DNA of 64,000 nt from an uncultured Spirochaetota bacterium. GTDB lineage: Bacteria; Spirochaetota; Spirochaetia; SZUA-6; Fen-1364. Below the pieces are notes generated by a model. It was given only the letters and a program-made list of their open reading frames with translations, ran no database searches and was not told where the DNA came from. Position numbers and translations under genes: made by a program. Shown here piece after piece: positions 32,461 to 43,262 of the stretch (position 1 is the first letter of the stretch; every line of letters begins with the position of its first letter). The stretch covers positions 64,001 through 128,000 of the forward strand of contig CAVUXE010000053.1 of assembly GCA_963745235.1 (NCBI GenBank). Direction: 5' to 3'.

Positions 32461-33705
32461 ATGAAGAGTGAACTTGACCAGAGAGTCTCGGACCTGGTGC
32501 ATGGCTTTGTGCTGGAAAAGTCAGCGGGGACGGAACCGGCCCGATCGTTTTCCGAGGACTCGTTCTGGAAGGGTCTTCGCGGAGTCGGCACCGAGCTGTG
32601 GCTCGACACGGGAGACATGGATGCGGCGTCCGTCATCTGGACCCGGGAGTTCAGCGCGCTCACCACGAACAACACCCTCCTGAACAAGGAGATACAGAAA
32701 GGGATCTATGACGATGTGATCAGGGACGCCGGGCTCCTCCTTGGCTCCCTGGATACATCGCAGCGGGTCATGGAAATTGCCTTCATCCTGAACGCGCTCC
32801 ACGGGCTGCGGCTGGTGAAGCATTTCAGCGCGCTGGTCAGCGTGGAGCTTCACACGGCCACCGCGGACGACGTCGAGGCAGCCGTCTCCTACGGCAGGCG
32901 TTTTTCCCGCATATCCCCGAAGAACTTCATCGTCAAGGTGCCGCTGACGGCGGCAGGGTTCCTGGCGACGCGCATCCTGCGAAGCGAAGGGATCCCCGTG
33001 AACTTCACCCTGGGGTTCAGCGCTCGGCAGAATTACCTCATTGCGCGCTTTGCGTCTCCCAGCTACGTGAACGTTTTCCTGGGACGGTTGAACGCCTACG
33101 TCTCGGACAACGCCCTCGGTGACGGCCTGCTGGTCGGGGAGAAAGCCACACTGGCGAGCCAGGCGGCGGTTACGCGGGTGTCGCGGCAGGCGAAGAAGCC
33201 AACGCGGCAGATTGCGGCGAGCATGCGCGGAGGCTCCCAGGTGCGCGACCTTGCCGGCGTGGACGTCATGACAATGCCCACCGCAACGGCCACGGAGGCC
33301 CGTGCGAAGCTCGACGGGAAGTGGTCCTCCCGGCTCCGTGAGAGCTACCGGGTGAGCTTCGCCCCCGGAATCGACGAGCGGAAGTCCGGCGTGTCGGTGC
33401 TGTGGGACGTGACGGAGAGAGAGGAGAACCTTGCCGTTTCCCTTGCGGAGCGCGCGCCTGGCTCTCCCGAAGAGCTGGTCGAGAGGGCGCGGGAGCTCGG
33501 GGTCAGAAGCCTCTTCCCGCGCTTGAGCCCGCAGGATACATCGTTTCTCGCCTCTGACGGAAAGATTCCAAAGCACTCCCGGTGGGCGCCGCGGATCGAG
33601 TCGGGGGAGCTTGCCATCGATTCCCTTCTCACGTCTGCCGGACTGCAGTCTTTCACGGCTGACCAGAAGGCGCTGGACGACAGGATACGGCGGCTGATCG
33701 GCTGA
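32461..33705 (+). CDS. Transaldolase-family protein (long form)
   Basis: WLDTGD, TTNNTL, IVKVP (Schiff-base Lys), VNFTLGFS, FLGRL, IAASMR. Confidence 0.82.
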   Translation: MKSELDQRVSDLVHGFVLEKSAGTEPARSFSEDSFWKGLRGVGTELWLDTGDMDAASVIWTREFSALTTNNTLLNKEIQKGIYDDVIRDAGLLLGSLDTSQRVMEIAFILNALHGLRLVKHFSALVSVELHTATADDVEAAVSYGRRFSRISPKNFIVKVPLTAAGFLATRILRSEGIPVNFTLGFSARQNYLIARFASPSYVNVFLGRLNAYVSDNALGDGLLVGEKATLASQAAVTRVSRQAKKPTRQIAASMRGGSQVRDLAGVDVMTMPTATATEARAKLDGKWSSRLRESYRVSFAPGIDERKSGVSVLWDVTEREENLAVSLAERAPGSPEELVERARELGVRSLFPRLSPQDTSFLASDGKIPKHSRWAPRIESGELAIDSLLTSAGLQSFTADQKALDDRIRRLIG

Positions 33706-33706
33706 G

Positions 33707-34852
33707 TCAGTCCGCAGCGGGGCTCATGGGGAGCGTCAGGGTGAAGACGGTGCCTTCCTCCGCCGTGGAGAGGAAGCCCACACTGCCTCCGAGGTAGTCT
33801 TCCGCCAGGAGCTTCATGCTCCAGGTGCCCAGGCCCCGGTCCTGCCCTTTTGTAGAAAAGTACCGCCGAAAGACCTGGCGTTTGACTGCCTCGTCCATGC
33901 ATCCCGCGTTATGAACCTCGAACCAGGCGCTTCCCGTTGACTTGCCGAACCGCAGCGTGACTGTTCCCCCCTCCGCGGAGGCCTCCAGGGCGTTCTTCAG
34001 CATGTTTTCCAGGACCCTCTTCACAAGGGAGTCGTCACTGACGAACGCGAAAGACTCGGAGAACGGGGCGATCAGCATCTTCTTTCCCTGGGCCACCTGC
34101 TGCCCCTCCAGCTGCGCGATGAGCTGCGCGCTCACCGCGTGTGATTCGATCAGGTCCCTGCGGACGGAGAGCGTCCCGTTCTCCGCGGACAGGAGGATTT
34201 TCTGTCCCTGGATCTCTTCTACCAGGGTGTCACAGATTGCCTCCAGCCGGCTCACGAGCCGTCCCGCCCCGCCCGCCGACGCCTCCTTTTTCAGGAGCTG
34301 GAGGTGGACCTTGAAGCTGGACGCCGTATTGAGGATGTCGTGGAAGAAGATCCTCTCCAGGGCAAGCCTTCTCTTCTGATGGCTCACGTCCTGCAGCCCA
34401 ATGAGAACGAAAGGCTTTTCGCCAAGCAGGAAGGGAGTGGTGCGAACGATGAAGTCCTGCGCCACGGTGTGCCCTCCGTCAGCGGTCGTGATGTGGCATT
34501 CCCGCTGCAGGGGCTTTGCAGTACGCAGGGTTTCCACGATGGCCTGGGCGGCGCCGCAGAAGCGGCATGCGGCGGAGTCTCCGCATCCCTGGTCGGCATT
34601 TGCGCACCCCAGGACCTCTCCCGGCCTTGCACCGCACATGTCCTCCATGGCGCTCGCCCCGACCAGCTCCCTGAACGCCTGGTTTGCGAAGACGATCTGG
34701 CGGTTCTCGTTGAGAACCGCTGTCGGCTCGGAGGAGACCTCCAGCGCTCCGACCACGCGTTCGGCGGTCCTGGCCAGGCGCAGCTCCGCCAGCACCTCCG
34801 GGCGGGACGATCTGGGGGACGGGGATGAAGGGGAATGCGGGTCCGTCTTCAT
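33707..34852 (-). CDS. PAS-domain sensor histidine kinase
   Basis: PAS with a Cys cluster (GC...CGDSAACRFC), FFHDILN, NMLKNALEA, FSTKG, GLGT. Confidence 0.88.
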   Translation of the reverse strand: MKTDPHSPSSPSPRSSRPEVLAELRLARTAERVVGALEVSSEPTAVLNENRQIVFANQAFRELVGASAMEDMCGARPGEVLGCANADQGCGDSAACRFCGAAQAIVETLRTAKPLQRECHITTADGGHTVAQDFIVRTTPFLLGEKPFVLIGLQDVSHQKRRLALERIFFHDILNTASSFKVHLQLLKKEASAGGAGRLVSRLEAICDTLVEEIQGQKILLSAENGTLSVRRDLIESHAVSAQLIAQLEGQQVAQGKKMLIAPFSESFAFVSDDSLVKRVLENMLKNALEASAEGGTVTLRFGKSTGSAWFEVHNAGCMDEAVKRQVFRRYFSTKGQDRGLGTWSMKLLAEDYLGGSVGFLSTAEEGTVFTLTLPMSPAAD

Positions 34853-34955
34853 ACGAGAACGCGAGGATACACCTTGCGCCGCGGTCCGGGAAGGCGAGTT
34901 TGCAGTTGTCCCGCGGGTGACCGGGGTCTATACTCGCGCTGGGAGGGGCCACGGA

Positions 34956-35222
34956 ATGAAGCCTGATCTTCTCACGCAGATCTTCGGTTTTCTCTCCACT
35001 TTTGCGCGATTCATCGGTCAGGCCGTCGTGGACCTCGTCCATTACATCCTCCCCTCCGTCAAGACCCTCGATACGCTGGCCGAGCCCATCGGCTACCTCG
35101 CGCTTCTGACCCTCTTCGTCATCCTGGTCTCCGCGGCGCGAAGGGTGGCCCTGGTGATCCTGGTGGCGGGCTGGGCGCTGATCTTCATACGGCTGCTCCT
35201 GATGGCGTTCAGGATCGCCTGA
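34956..35222 (+). CDS. Small integral membrane protein
   Basis: GGGAGG SD; 88 aa, mostly hydrophobic. Confidence 0.7.
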   Translation: MKPDLLTQIFGFLSTFARFIGQAVVDLVHYILPSVKTLDTLAEPIGYLALLTLFVILVSAARRVALVILVAGWALIFIRLLLMAFRIA

Positions 35223-35294
35223 GCGCGGAGAGCACGTTGCCACAGCCGGACGCCGTCGCTATACTCCCTTCCCTATACAAAGGAGGGTCCCTGC

Positions 35295-36110
35295 ATGAGC
35301 AGTGATCGAAGGATTTCCCGCCGCCTGCTGCTTGGCGCGGCTGCAAGTGCTGTTGTCGCGCTCACCCTTTCGGGCTGCCCGTCCCTGGGCTCCACAATTT
35401 CCGGAGCGATGGGAAACCAGGCTTCGGCGGGCCAGAGCTCCAACGCCACGCCTCCTGCAAGCCAGCCGGCGCAGCAGAATCAGCAGCCTCCCGCAGGCGC
35501 CACGATGGCCTACCAGTACCAGTTCAATTCCTTCTACGGGGTCATGTGGAACTTCGGCTGGTTCGGCTACAAGGACGCGAACTATCAGCCCGGGCAGGGA
35601 ACGGTGTGGCAGATCACCAGCTCCCGCAGCTCCAAGGGACCGACGATGTTCGAGCGGGCCTTCCTGAAGACCAACACGGATGCCTCCCAGTGGTGGAGGC
35701 TCAAGATCACCGGGGAAAAGAACGAGATCGTGTACGAGTTCCTGGTCGGCACCGACGGCAAGGTTCAGAAGGTCCGCTACCTGGACCCGGGGTCCAAGCA
35801 GATCGGTGAGTTCCTGCCGGACCAGTCCGGCTCCCAGCAGCAGAACGGGCCGTCCCAGCCCACGCGGGACCAGCTTGCAAGCTCCCTTGTCGGGACGGAG
35901 AGCGTCCAGGTGAAAGCCGGAACGTTCACCGCTGACCACTATTCGTACACCGATCCGAACAGCGGCTACAAGGGCGACAGCTGGATCAGCAAGAAAGTCC
36001 CCGGTTACATGGTCAAGTTCATCGGCACCAATCCGAAAAACAACGCCGCCTCGAGCGGCGAGCTCGTGCAGATCGAGACCGGTGTGACGACCTCACTCGG
36101 CTCCTACTGA
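35295..36110 (+). CDS. Lipoprotein of unknown function
   Basis: AAGGAGG SD; SRRLLL followed by lipobox LSGC; VQVKAGTF motif. Confidence 0.8.
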   Translation: MSSDRRISRRLLLGAAASAVVALTLSGCPSLGSTISGAMGNQASAGQSSNATPPASQPAQQNQQPPAGATMAYQYQFNSFYGVMWNFGWFGYKDANYQPGQGTVWQITSSRSSKGPTMFERAFLKTNTDASQWWRLKITGEKNEIVYEFLVGTDGKVQKVRYLDPGSKQIGEFLPDQSGSQQQNGPSQPTRDQLASSLVGTESVQVKAGTFTADHYSYTDPNSGYKGDSWISKKVPGYMVKFIGTNPKNNAASSGELVQIETGVTTSLGSY

Positions 36111-36123
36111 TCCCCTTCAGCCC

Positions 36124-37425
36124 ATGGCGAAGCAAGGCGGCCTCCACGCGGAGGCCGCCCTTTCCATCTATGAGGACCGCTGCCGGCTCGCACTGGAGAC
36201 CGCACTGCATCGGACGCCGCTGTACGAGGGATGGCGGGGCCTTGATCCGGGGGCGGGGGCATGCATCGACCGGCGCTACCGGGCCCTCCCCGCGCTGACC
36301 AAGGATGATCTTCGGGCGGCCTTCCCCCGCGGGCTTGTCCCGCGGGGCCTGGACCTGGACGCCGCGCTTGCCCGTGGCGAGGTAAGCTTTGTCCAGACCA
36401 GCGGGACATCTGATGAGGCCCTGCAGAACATCTGGAACCAGCGCTGGTGGGACGCTTCGGAGCGCTGCTCCTGGAAGCTGAACTCTGTGGCCTCCCGGGT
36501 CGCCACGGGCGCGCACCTGGAGGCCATCCTCGCGAGCGCTCTTTCGGTGGGACCGCGCAGCGAGGCGGGACCGATTGATCGGCTGACCCGGACCCTGGGG
36601 CGCTTCCTGTTCCTGAACGAGCTCGGGAGCACGGCGGAATGGCCCGAAGACCATGAGAAGCGCATCCTGGCTGAGCTTGCGGACTTCAGGCCCGCGGTGC
36701 TGGAGGCCAACCCATCACTCCTGGCGCGAGTGGCGCGGTATGCCGCCCGAACCGGGACTCCGGTCTGGCAGCCGCCGCTGATCGTCTTCACCTACGAGTT
36801 CATTTCGGCCCTGCACATGCGGGACATCCGCCGGGTCTATACTTCTCCGGTGGCAAGCTCGTACGGCTCAACCGAAGCGGGGTACGTGTTCATGGAATGC
36901 GAGCATGGCAGCCTCCACCAGAACACGGACTCCTGCCGGGTGGACCTCCTGCCCCTTGAAACCGGCTCGGATATCGCGAAGATACTGGCCACCACTTTCG
37001 GCAACGAATGGTTCCCGCTTGTCCGTTTCGAGGTAGGCGACATCGGGCGCGTCGCTTCGCGCCCATGCCCGTGCGGCAGGACCTTCGGCATCACCCTTTC
37101 GGCAATCGAGGGCAGGCTGAAGAGTCTTTTCCTTTCAGAGGGGCGACTGATCACCCATCGCGAAATGGACGTTTTGCTTTCCCGCGTTCCCGGCCTTGAA
37201 CAGTACAGGCTGGACCAGGACGCGCCGCGGGATTTTCGCTGCGCCGTGGTCCTGGAGCCCGGCGCGGGCCGACGCGTGGCGGGAGACGCCGCGGATGTGC
37301 TTCGTTCCTGCTTCGGCGCCGGTGCGCGCATCACGGTGAATGTCGTGAAAGAGCTCTTCCCGGAGAAGTCCGGCAAGTTTCTCCTTGCCTGCAGGTCTTT
37401 CGAGCTGGAGGCTTCCCATGGCTGA
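36124..37425 (+). CDS. Phenylacetate-CoA ligase (PaaK)-like adenylate-forming enzyme
   Basis: LTKDDLR, QTSGTS, SYGSTEAG, RFEVGDIG, CPCGR, EGR, SGKF. Confidence 0.8.
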   Translation: MAKQGGLHAEAALSIYEDRCRLALETALHRTPLYEGWRGLDPGAGACIDRRYRALPALTKDDLRAAFPRGLVPRGLDLDAALARGEVSFVQTSGTSDEALQNIWNQRWWDASERCSWKLNSVASRVATGAHLEAILASALSVGPRSEAGPIDRLTRTLGRFLFLNELGSTAEWPEDHEKRILAELADFRPAVLEANPSLLARVARYAARTGTPVWQPPLIVFTYEFISALHMRDIRRVYTSPVASSYGSTEAGYVFMECEHGSLHQNTDSCRVDLLPLETGSDIAKILATTFGNEWFPLVRFEVGDIGRVASRPCPCGRTFGITLSAIEGRLKSLFLSEGRLITHREMDVLLSRVPGLEQYRLDQDAPRDFRCAVVLEPGAGRRVAGDAADVLRSCFGAGARITVNVVKELFPEKSGKFLLACRSFELEASHG

Positions 37426-38107
37426 CGTGACGCCGCCTCTTTTTCTCATTGCCGGTGGCAGGGGCTCAATCGGACGCCGGGGGCCGGATCCCCTCCTTGC
37501 GCAGGCCCTGGCGGGAGCGGGGGTCCTGCGTCCTCGCGTTGCCTACCTCGGGGCCGCATCCGGCGACAACGCGGCCTTCCGCGCCCTGATCGCTGCCATG
37601 CTGAAGAAAGCCGGCGCGGGACACGTGCTCCTTGCTCCCCTGTGCGGCAGGCGGGCAGACCCGGAGAAAGCTCGGAAGGTGCTCAGCGACTCCGACGTCG
37701 TCTTTGTCTCCGGGGGCGATGTGGAAGAAGGGATGGAGGTGCTTCGCCGCGCGCGCATCGCCAGGTTCCTGCGGGCACTGCACAGGGCGGGGAAGCCGTT
37801 TCTCGGCGTCTCCGCCGGCAGCATCATGCTGTCCCGCCTGTGGGTTCGATGGCGGGACCCGAATGACGACCGGAGCGCGGAGCTCTTCCCGTGCCTCGGC
37901 TTGGCTCCCGTGCTGTGCGACACTCATGGCGAGGCCGACGGCTGGGAGGAGCTGAAAGCCCTTCTTGCGCTTTCCCCCACGGGCTCCCTTGGATACGGCA
38001 TTGCGTCCGGGACAGCCCTCGTGGTCGGCCCCGGGAGGAAAGTCTCCGCGCTCGGCGGCGAGGTGCACAGGTTTCGCCCGGCGAAAAGGCGGCGTAGTCC
38101 CGGTTGA
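37418..38107 (+). CDS. Peptidase S51 (peptidase E/cyanophycinase-like)
   Basis: VFVSGGD, GVSAGS nucleophile elbow, CDTH. Confidence 0.8.
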   Translation: MADVTPPLFLIAGGRGSIGRRGPDPLLAQALAGAGVLRPRVAYLGAASGDNAAFRALIAAMLKKAGAGHVLLAPLCGRRADPEKARKVLSDSDVVFVSGGDVEEGMEVLRRARIARFLRALHRAGKPFLGVSAGSIMLSRLWVRWRDPNDDRSAELFPCLGLAPVLCDTHGEADGWEELKALLALSPTGSLGYGIASGTALVVGPGRKVSALGGEVHRFRPAKRRRSPG

Positions 38108-38145
38108 GAGCCTGGCGCCATGAGCGGCGGCGCGGCCAACCCGCG

Positions 38146-38424
38146 CTACTTCGCATCCCCTTTCTCCGAATCCAGGAACGGAATGACCGCGGCTGCCAGG
38201 GCCGGAGAGCTGGATATCGTGTAGTGCGACGTCCCAGGAAGGATGGCGAGCTCGGCGGATGGACGGCCCGAGCCGTCCCAACCGGCGTCCCGCTTTCCAC
38301 CGCCGAACATTCCGAAGAGCTCCAGCGTGTGGCCGGTCCGCACCGCATCAGCATCCGCCCCGACGATCAGGATGGGCATCTTCAGCCCGGCAACTCCTTT
38401 CGACCAGTCGTCAACTTGCTTCAT
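38146..38424 (-). pseudogene. C-terminal fragment of an alpha/beta hydrolase
   Basis: PILIVGADAD and LAILPGTSHY retained; no nucleophile elbow; has an AGGAGG SD. Confidence 0.6.
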
Positions 38425-38482
38425 TGGTTCCTCCTGTGACCACCGGGTAGTCGACCGCGGAGGAGGAAATCGACACCCGGGA

Positions 38483-39457
38483 TCAGAGCCAGCCCTGGCT
38501 CTTGTACCAGGAAGCAGTCTCCGTGATTCCCTGTTCCGTGCTGAATGCGGGGCGGTAGTCGAGCTCCCGTCTGGCGCGCTCGTCGGAGACGACCCAGGAG
38601 CCGCACATTTCCTGTATCTTCTCCCTGCTCAGGATGCCGCTATTGCCGGTGAGGGAATTGAGAAGGCCCGCCGCGAGCGCGAAGGCGCGCACGGCAAACA
38701 ACGGCACGCGAAGCTTCAACGTCCGCCGGTGAAGCGCGCGGGCAATCATTTCTCCAAAGTCCAGCCAGGAGCTCGCGGGACCGTCTGTGAAGAAATAGCT
38801 GCGCGTGCCCTCCTGCGGCCGCTCGATGGCGCGGCAGATGCCGGCGACAAGGTTCTTCACGTAGACGACGCTGTACGCCGGCGGAGGGAAGACCAGGGGC
38901 AGCAGACCTTTCCCCACGAGCCGGAAAAGGATTGCGAGGTCCTTGTCCCGCGGGCCGTACACGGTAGGGGGCCGAATCACGGTGACAGGAACGCGACCGC
39001 TCAGGCTGACCAGGCGCTTCTCCGCAAGGACCTTGCTCCTGCCATACGCTGAAAAAGGCCGCGGATCGATGTCCTCCGTGAGGGGAAGCCCGCCCGGGCT
39101 GGGTCCCATTGCCTCCGAGCTGCTGAAGAACACGAACCGCTTCAGGTCCGCGCCATCCCCGCGGATCACCGACAGGAGGTTCTCCGTCCCTCCGACGTTC
39201 ACGCGGATGTATTCCTGGGCGGTCGGGGCTTTCGTGAGGCCGGCGGCATGGACCACCACGTCCTGGCTCTCGACAAGGCAGGCGAGCGCTGGGATCGAAT
39301 CAAGGCTGCCGAAAACAAACCTGACCGGGAGGGCTGAGAGCTCCCGAGCCTTCTCGGGGCTTCGAGCGAGGCATGTCACCTCGTGTCCCCCCCCGACAAG
39401 GGCTTCGACGAGATGACTTCCGATGAATCCTGTGGCCCCCGTCACTGCGATCTTCAT
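38483..39457 (-). CDS. NAD-dependent epimerase/dehydratase
   Basis: VTGATGFIG, HAAGLTKA, YGRSK, RPPTVYGP. Confidence 0.9.
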   Translation of the reverse strand: MKIAVTGATGFIGSHLVEALVGGGHEVTCLARSPEKARELSALPVRFVFGSLDSIPALACLVESQDVVVHAAGLTKAPTAQEYIRVNVGGTENLLSVIRGDGADLKRFVFFSSSEAMGPSPGGLPLTEDIDPRPFSAYGRSKVLAEKRLVSLSGRVPVTVIRPPTVYGPRDKDLAILFRLVGKGLLPLVFPPPAYSVVYVKNLVAGICRAIERPQEGTRSYFFTDGPASSWLDFGEMIARALHRRTLKLRVPLFAVRAFALAAGLLNSLTGNSGILSREKIQEMCGSWVVSDERARRELDYRPAFSTEQGITETASWYKSQGWL

Positions 39458-39488
39458 GATGCCACCGCTTCGCGGTTCTGTGCAGACG

Positions 39489-41381
39489 CTACGGTGCGGG
39501 AGGCAGGCTGTCAAGGTCTGCCACGCTCAGCCAGCCCTTGATCTCGTGTCTGACGTTCGGCGGGAGCTCGCTCCTGGCATGACTCTCGAGCGGGCCTATC
39601 ACCTGGTCGTCCCCGAGCCCTGAAGCCGCGGCCCGCTGGATGGACTGCTTGGTGATCCTGAACAGGACCCCCACCTCCCGGCCCACCCGCTCACAGAATC
39701 TCCCCAGCTGCGCTTCCGCGGCCGGGGACGGGACAAGGAATACGATCTCGAAGTTCGGCTGCACGATGATGGACGCCCCGGAGCCGTCATGGCCATCCCT
39801 GTCGTCCCCCGGGAGCCCGAGGATCCGCCTGCCGGCGTGCGTGAGGCGAAAGCAGGGGGCTCCATCCTCTGTGACACCGGCCTCCGCGCCGTCAAGGGAC
39901 AGAAGACAACGGCCCAGGAAAATCCCCAGGAACGACTTCCAGAGCTCCTCCAGCGCTTCTTCGGACGTTGCGGGACCGGGACCGACCACGCCGGCTGACG
40001 AGCCGTCCCCAGCCGGCCCCTCCGGCGCGGCGGGGGGTCGAACGGCTCCCAGGGGACTCCCGATTGCCGCCTGATACTCGGCGAAATCCGCGAAACGGAT
40101 GAAAGAGGCGGCAGGCACCGAAGAGAAAGCCTGCACGAGCCAGGGCAGGATCTCCTCCCGCGCGCCCTCTGATGAGGTCCAATCTTCTTCCAGCAAGTCG
40201 AAGAGCCCCGACGGTCCCCCGGCTCCGATGGCCAGCATTCCGACAACGCCCTCACGCCTCTCCGCGAGGGACTGGCCGATCCACGCCACGCTCCACGGCG
40301 CCGGCACGAGGGCCGGCTCACGCCACACAGCCGCGCCTGGACCGCGGGAATGCCGGGGCACCGCGGCAGCAGAGGGGCCGCGTCTGCCGCGGCGTCCCTG
40401 CCTCTGGGGGGAGCCGCTCCGCGGGGACCCGTCCGGAACCAGGAGGCCAGTGACGCGCAGCGCCTGGAGCGCCAGCGTTATCCTGCCTTCCAGGGGGAGG
40501 CCGGTGAAGCTCTCGAGCCACTCGGGGACGCTGAGAAGTGAGGGGGAGACATTCTCCACGAATCGGATAAAGGGCTTCTCGTCTCCGCGGCGCAGGGGAA
40601 TGGGCTCCACCCGGGCGGCAAGGAGAACGGTGGTCATGTCTTCCACGAGATAGGGATGCCGGAAGGTCCGCGCCGCCTTTACCGGCTCGGGGGCAAGAAC
40701 CACCGCCATCCTCCGCCTTCTCCGCGCTGCGGCGGGCCACACGCCCAGCAGGGGCTCCAGGTCCGTGCGCCGGAGGCCAAGGAAGAAGACCGCCCTCTGG
40801 ACGCCGAGGCGGATCCCCGCGCACAGATCGTCCCTTTCGATCCTGGGGAAATAGTCCTCCAGGTCCCTCACGGCCACGCGGTCTCTCTGCTCCAGGAAAA
40901 AACGAAGCAACGCGCGCGCGGCCTCCAGGCCCGACGCATCGCTGGGGGATTCCTGCCGGGGAAAAGCGGCCTCCAGCCATTCCACTGAGGATACGAGCCC
41001 CGCAACCCGCGGCAGGTCGTTGGGAAGGAGAGCCAGAGACTCGTTCAGGAGGGACCGCTCCCGAGAGCTGTAGTGGTCCCCCAGGTAGCCGCACAGGGCC
41101 GCCAGGCTGGAGCCGTCGAACATCGGATATCTCTCCAGGGCCTTCATCACGTGGTGGAAGCTTTCATGCTCCTCCGCCACGGCGAGGTACCCCGCGCTCT
41201 CCGACTCCAGGAGCATTCCGGCATCCTTCAACTCTTCCATCGCCGGGTCGCCCGGAGAGGCCGCGAGAGAGAGTCCCGGCCGAAGACCGTCCAGGAAGAT
41301 CCGACGCGCGGAAATGGACAGCTCCCCCCAGAGGACAAGCTCGTCCAGGAAGGTCTGCCAGTCCGGGGGAAAAAGCCTCAT
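39489..41381 (-). CDS. Helicase-associated (XPB N-terminal-like/Helicase_C_3) domain protein
   Basis: C-terminal IIVQPNFEI...FRITKQSIQRA...ELPPNVRHEIKGW; ATGA-coupled to XPB. Confidence 0.75.
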   Translation of the reverse strand: MRLFPPDWQTFLDELVLWGELSISARRIFLDGLRPGLSLAASPGDPAMEELKDAGMLLESESAGYLAVAEEHESFHHVMKALERYPMFDGSSLAALCGYLGDHYSSRERSLLNESLALLPNDLPRVAGLVSSVEWLEAAFPRQESPSDASGLEAARALLRFFLEQRDRVAVRDLEDYFPRIERDDLCAGIRLGVQRAVFFLGLRRTDLEPLLGVWPAAARRRRRMAVVLAPEPVKAARTFRHPYLVEDMTTVLLAARVEPIPLRRGDEKPFIRFVENVSPSLLSVPEWLESFTGLPLEGRITLALQALRVTGLLVPDGSPRSGSPQRQGRRGRRGPSAAAVPRHSRGPGAAVWREPALVPAPWSVAWIGQSLAERREGVVGMLAIGAGGPSGLFDLLEEDWTSSEGAREEILPWLVQAFSSVPAASFIRFADFAEYQAAIGSPLGAVRPPAAPEGPAGDGSSAGVVGPGPATSEEALEELWKSFLGIFLGRCLLSLDGAEAGVTEDGAPCFRLTHAGRRILGLPGDDRDGHDGSGASIIVQPNFEIVFLVPSPAAEAQLGRFCERVGREVGVLFRITKQSIQRAAASGLGDDQVIGPLESHARSELPPNVRHEIKGWLSVADLDSLPPAP

Positions 41382-43174
41382 GCCTGGCCGCCCCGTGTCG
41401 CCGCGGGCGCTTGCGCGGCCGGCGCTTCCGCCATGCGGATCTGGTATCCGTAGCCCTGCTCGCAGAGAAAGAGCTGCCTTTTCAGCGCGAAGTCCTGCTC
41501 CACGGTGTCGCGGGAGACCAGGGTGTAGAAGTAGGCCTGGTTGGAGAGCTCCTTCGGCCGGAGGATCCTCCCCAGCCTCTGCGCCTCCTCCTGCCGCGAG
41601 CCGAACGTGCCCGACACCTGGATGGCGAGGCTTGCCTCCGGCAGGTCCACGGCGAAGTTGGCCACCTTGGAAACAGCCAGCACGCGGATCTTTCCCGCTT
41701 TGAAGTCCGCGTACAGCGCGTCTCGTACGCGCTGCGGCGTGGAGCCGGTGATGACGGGGAGGCCCAGGGGCCCCGCCACGGCGGCCAGCTGGTCGAGGTA
41801 CATGCCGATCACCAGCGCGGGCTCGGCGGGGTGGCTTCCAGGATGGCCTGGACCTGCTCGATCTTGGCGGGGTTCTCGGATGCCATGCGGAACTTCGTCC
41901 GCGCGTCCGCCAGCGCGTAGCTCATTCGCATCTGCTCGGGAAGCGCGACGCGGATCTCCGTGCACGCCGCCTTGGCGATCCAGCCCTGCTTCTCCATCTC
42001 CTTCCAGGGAACGTCGTATTTCTTCGGTCCGATCAGGGCGAACACGTCGTCTTCCTTGCCGTCCTCCCGCACGAGCGTCGCCGTGAGCCCCAGCCTGCGC
42101 CGGGCCTGGAGGGAGGCGGTGATCTGGAACACGGGGGCGGGCAGGAGGTGCACCTCGTCGTACACGATCAGGCCCCAGTCCCTCTGCCCGAAGAGAGCGA
42201 GATGCGGGTAGGATTCCGCGGGGTCTGCTTCGACACCGTCGGATGCGGCCGCGGCCTCCGCCCGGGCGGCGCGGGAGCGGGCGCTTTCCCGGTGCGTGAG
42301 CATCTGGTAGGTTGCGACGGTGATGGGTCGCACTTCCTTCTTCAGCCCCGTGTATTCCCCGATGAGCTGCGGGTCTATGTCCGTCTTGTCGACGAGCTCC
42401 GCGATCCACTGGCGCACCGCCGTGACGCAGGTGGTCAGGACAAGCGTGGAGGTCTGCAGAAGACCCATGCACAACATCCCGACGATGGTTTTCCCGCGCC
42501 GCAGGGAAGGACAATGACTCCCGAGCCGCCCTGCTCTGAGCCTCCCGCGTGAAAGGCAAGCGCCGCCTCCCGCTGGTAGGGGCGCGCGGCAAAAGGAGCT
42601 CCCCGGCCGCGGGTGGCCGCGCGCAGGCCGAAGGGAAAATGCTCCCCCTCCGAGTATCCGGCCTGGTCATCCACCGGGTACCCGAGCCTGATGAGGGCCA
42701 GCTTGACCTGACCCCGCAGGTGCGGCGGCAGCACGAACGAGGTCGGGGAAAGCCGCTCCCCGAGGAGAGGCCCTGTGTGCCGGTCAGTCGATATCAGCGC
42801 CGCAAGGCCCTCGTCGCGGCAGTGCAGCTCCAGCCCGGTGGGGCCGCGCACGAGAGTGAGGCTCCCAAAGCGCCCCGCCAGGTCCGTGATCTCCGTAATC
42901 ACGTGCTCCGGGACGGGGTAGCGGGAGAGCGATCTCAGGGTATCGACGATCTGGCCCGCCGAATCCCCCGCGGCGCAGGCGTTCCAGATGGACAGCGGCG
43001 TGATGCGGTAGGTGTGAACGTGCTCAGGGGACTTCACGAGCTCCGCGAAGCCCACCAGGGCATCACGCGCCTGGCGTACTGGGGGCTTGCCACCTCGACG
43101 AGGATGGTGCGGTCTCCCTGGACGATGAGGGGTTTTTCGTTGACAGCTGTGATTGTTGTAATCGGTTCAGCCAT
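41378..43174 (-). CDS. XPB/Rad25 SF2 DNA repair helicase; several frameshifts
   Basis: PLIVQGD, ELVKSPEHVHTY, LPCGAGK, YDEVH, LGLTAT, SRQEEAQRLGR. Confidence 0.9.
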
Positions 43175-43262
43175 GACAAAAGCCCGACAAGGATAATGGG
43201 GCGTGCCCCGCGGGTCAATACGCCTCAGCGCCGGCACCTCGGGGCCGGCAGGGGGCGTGCGC

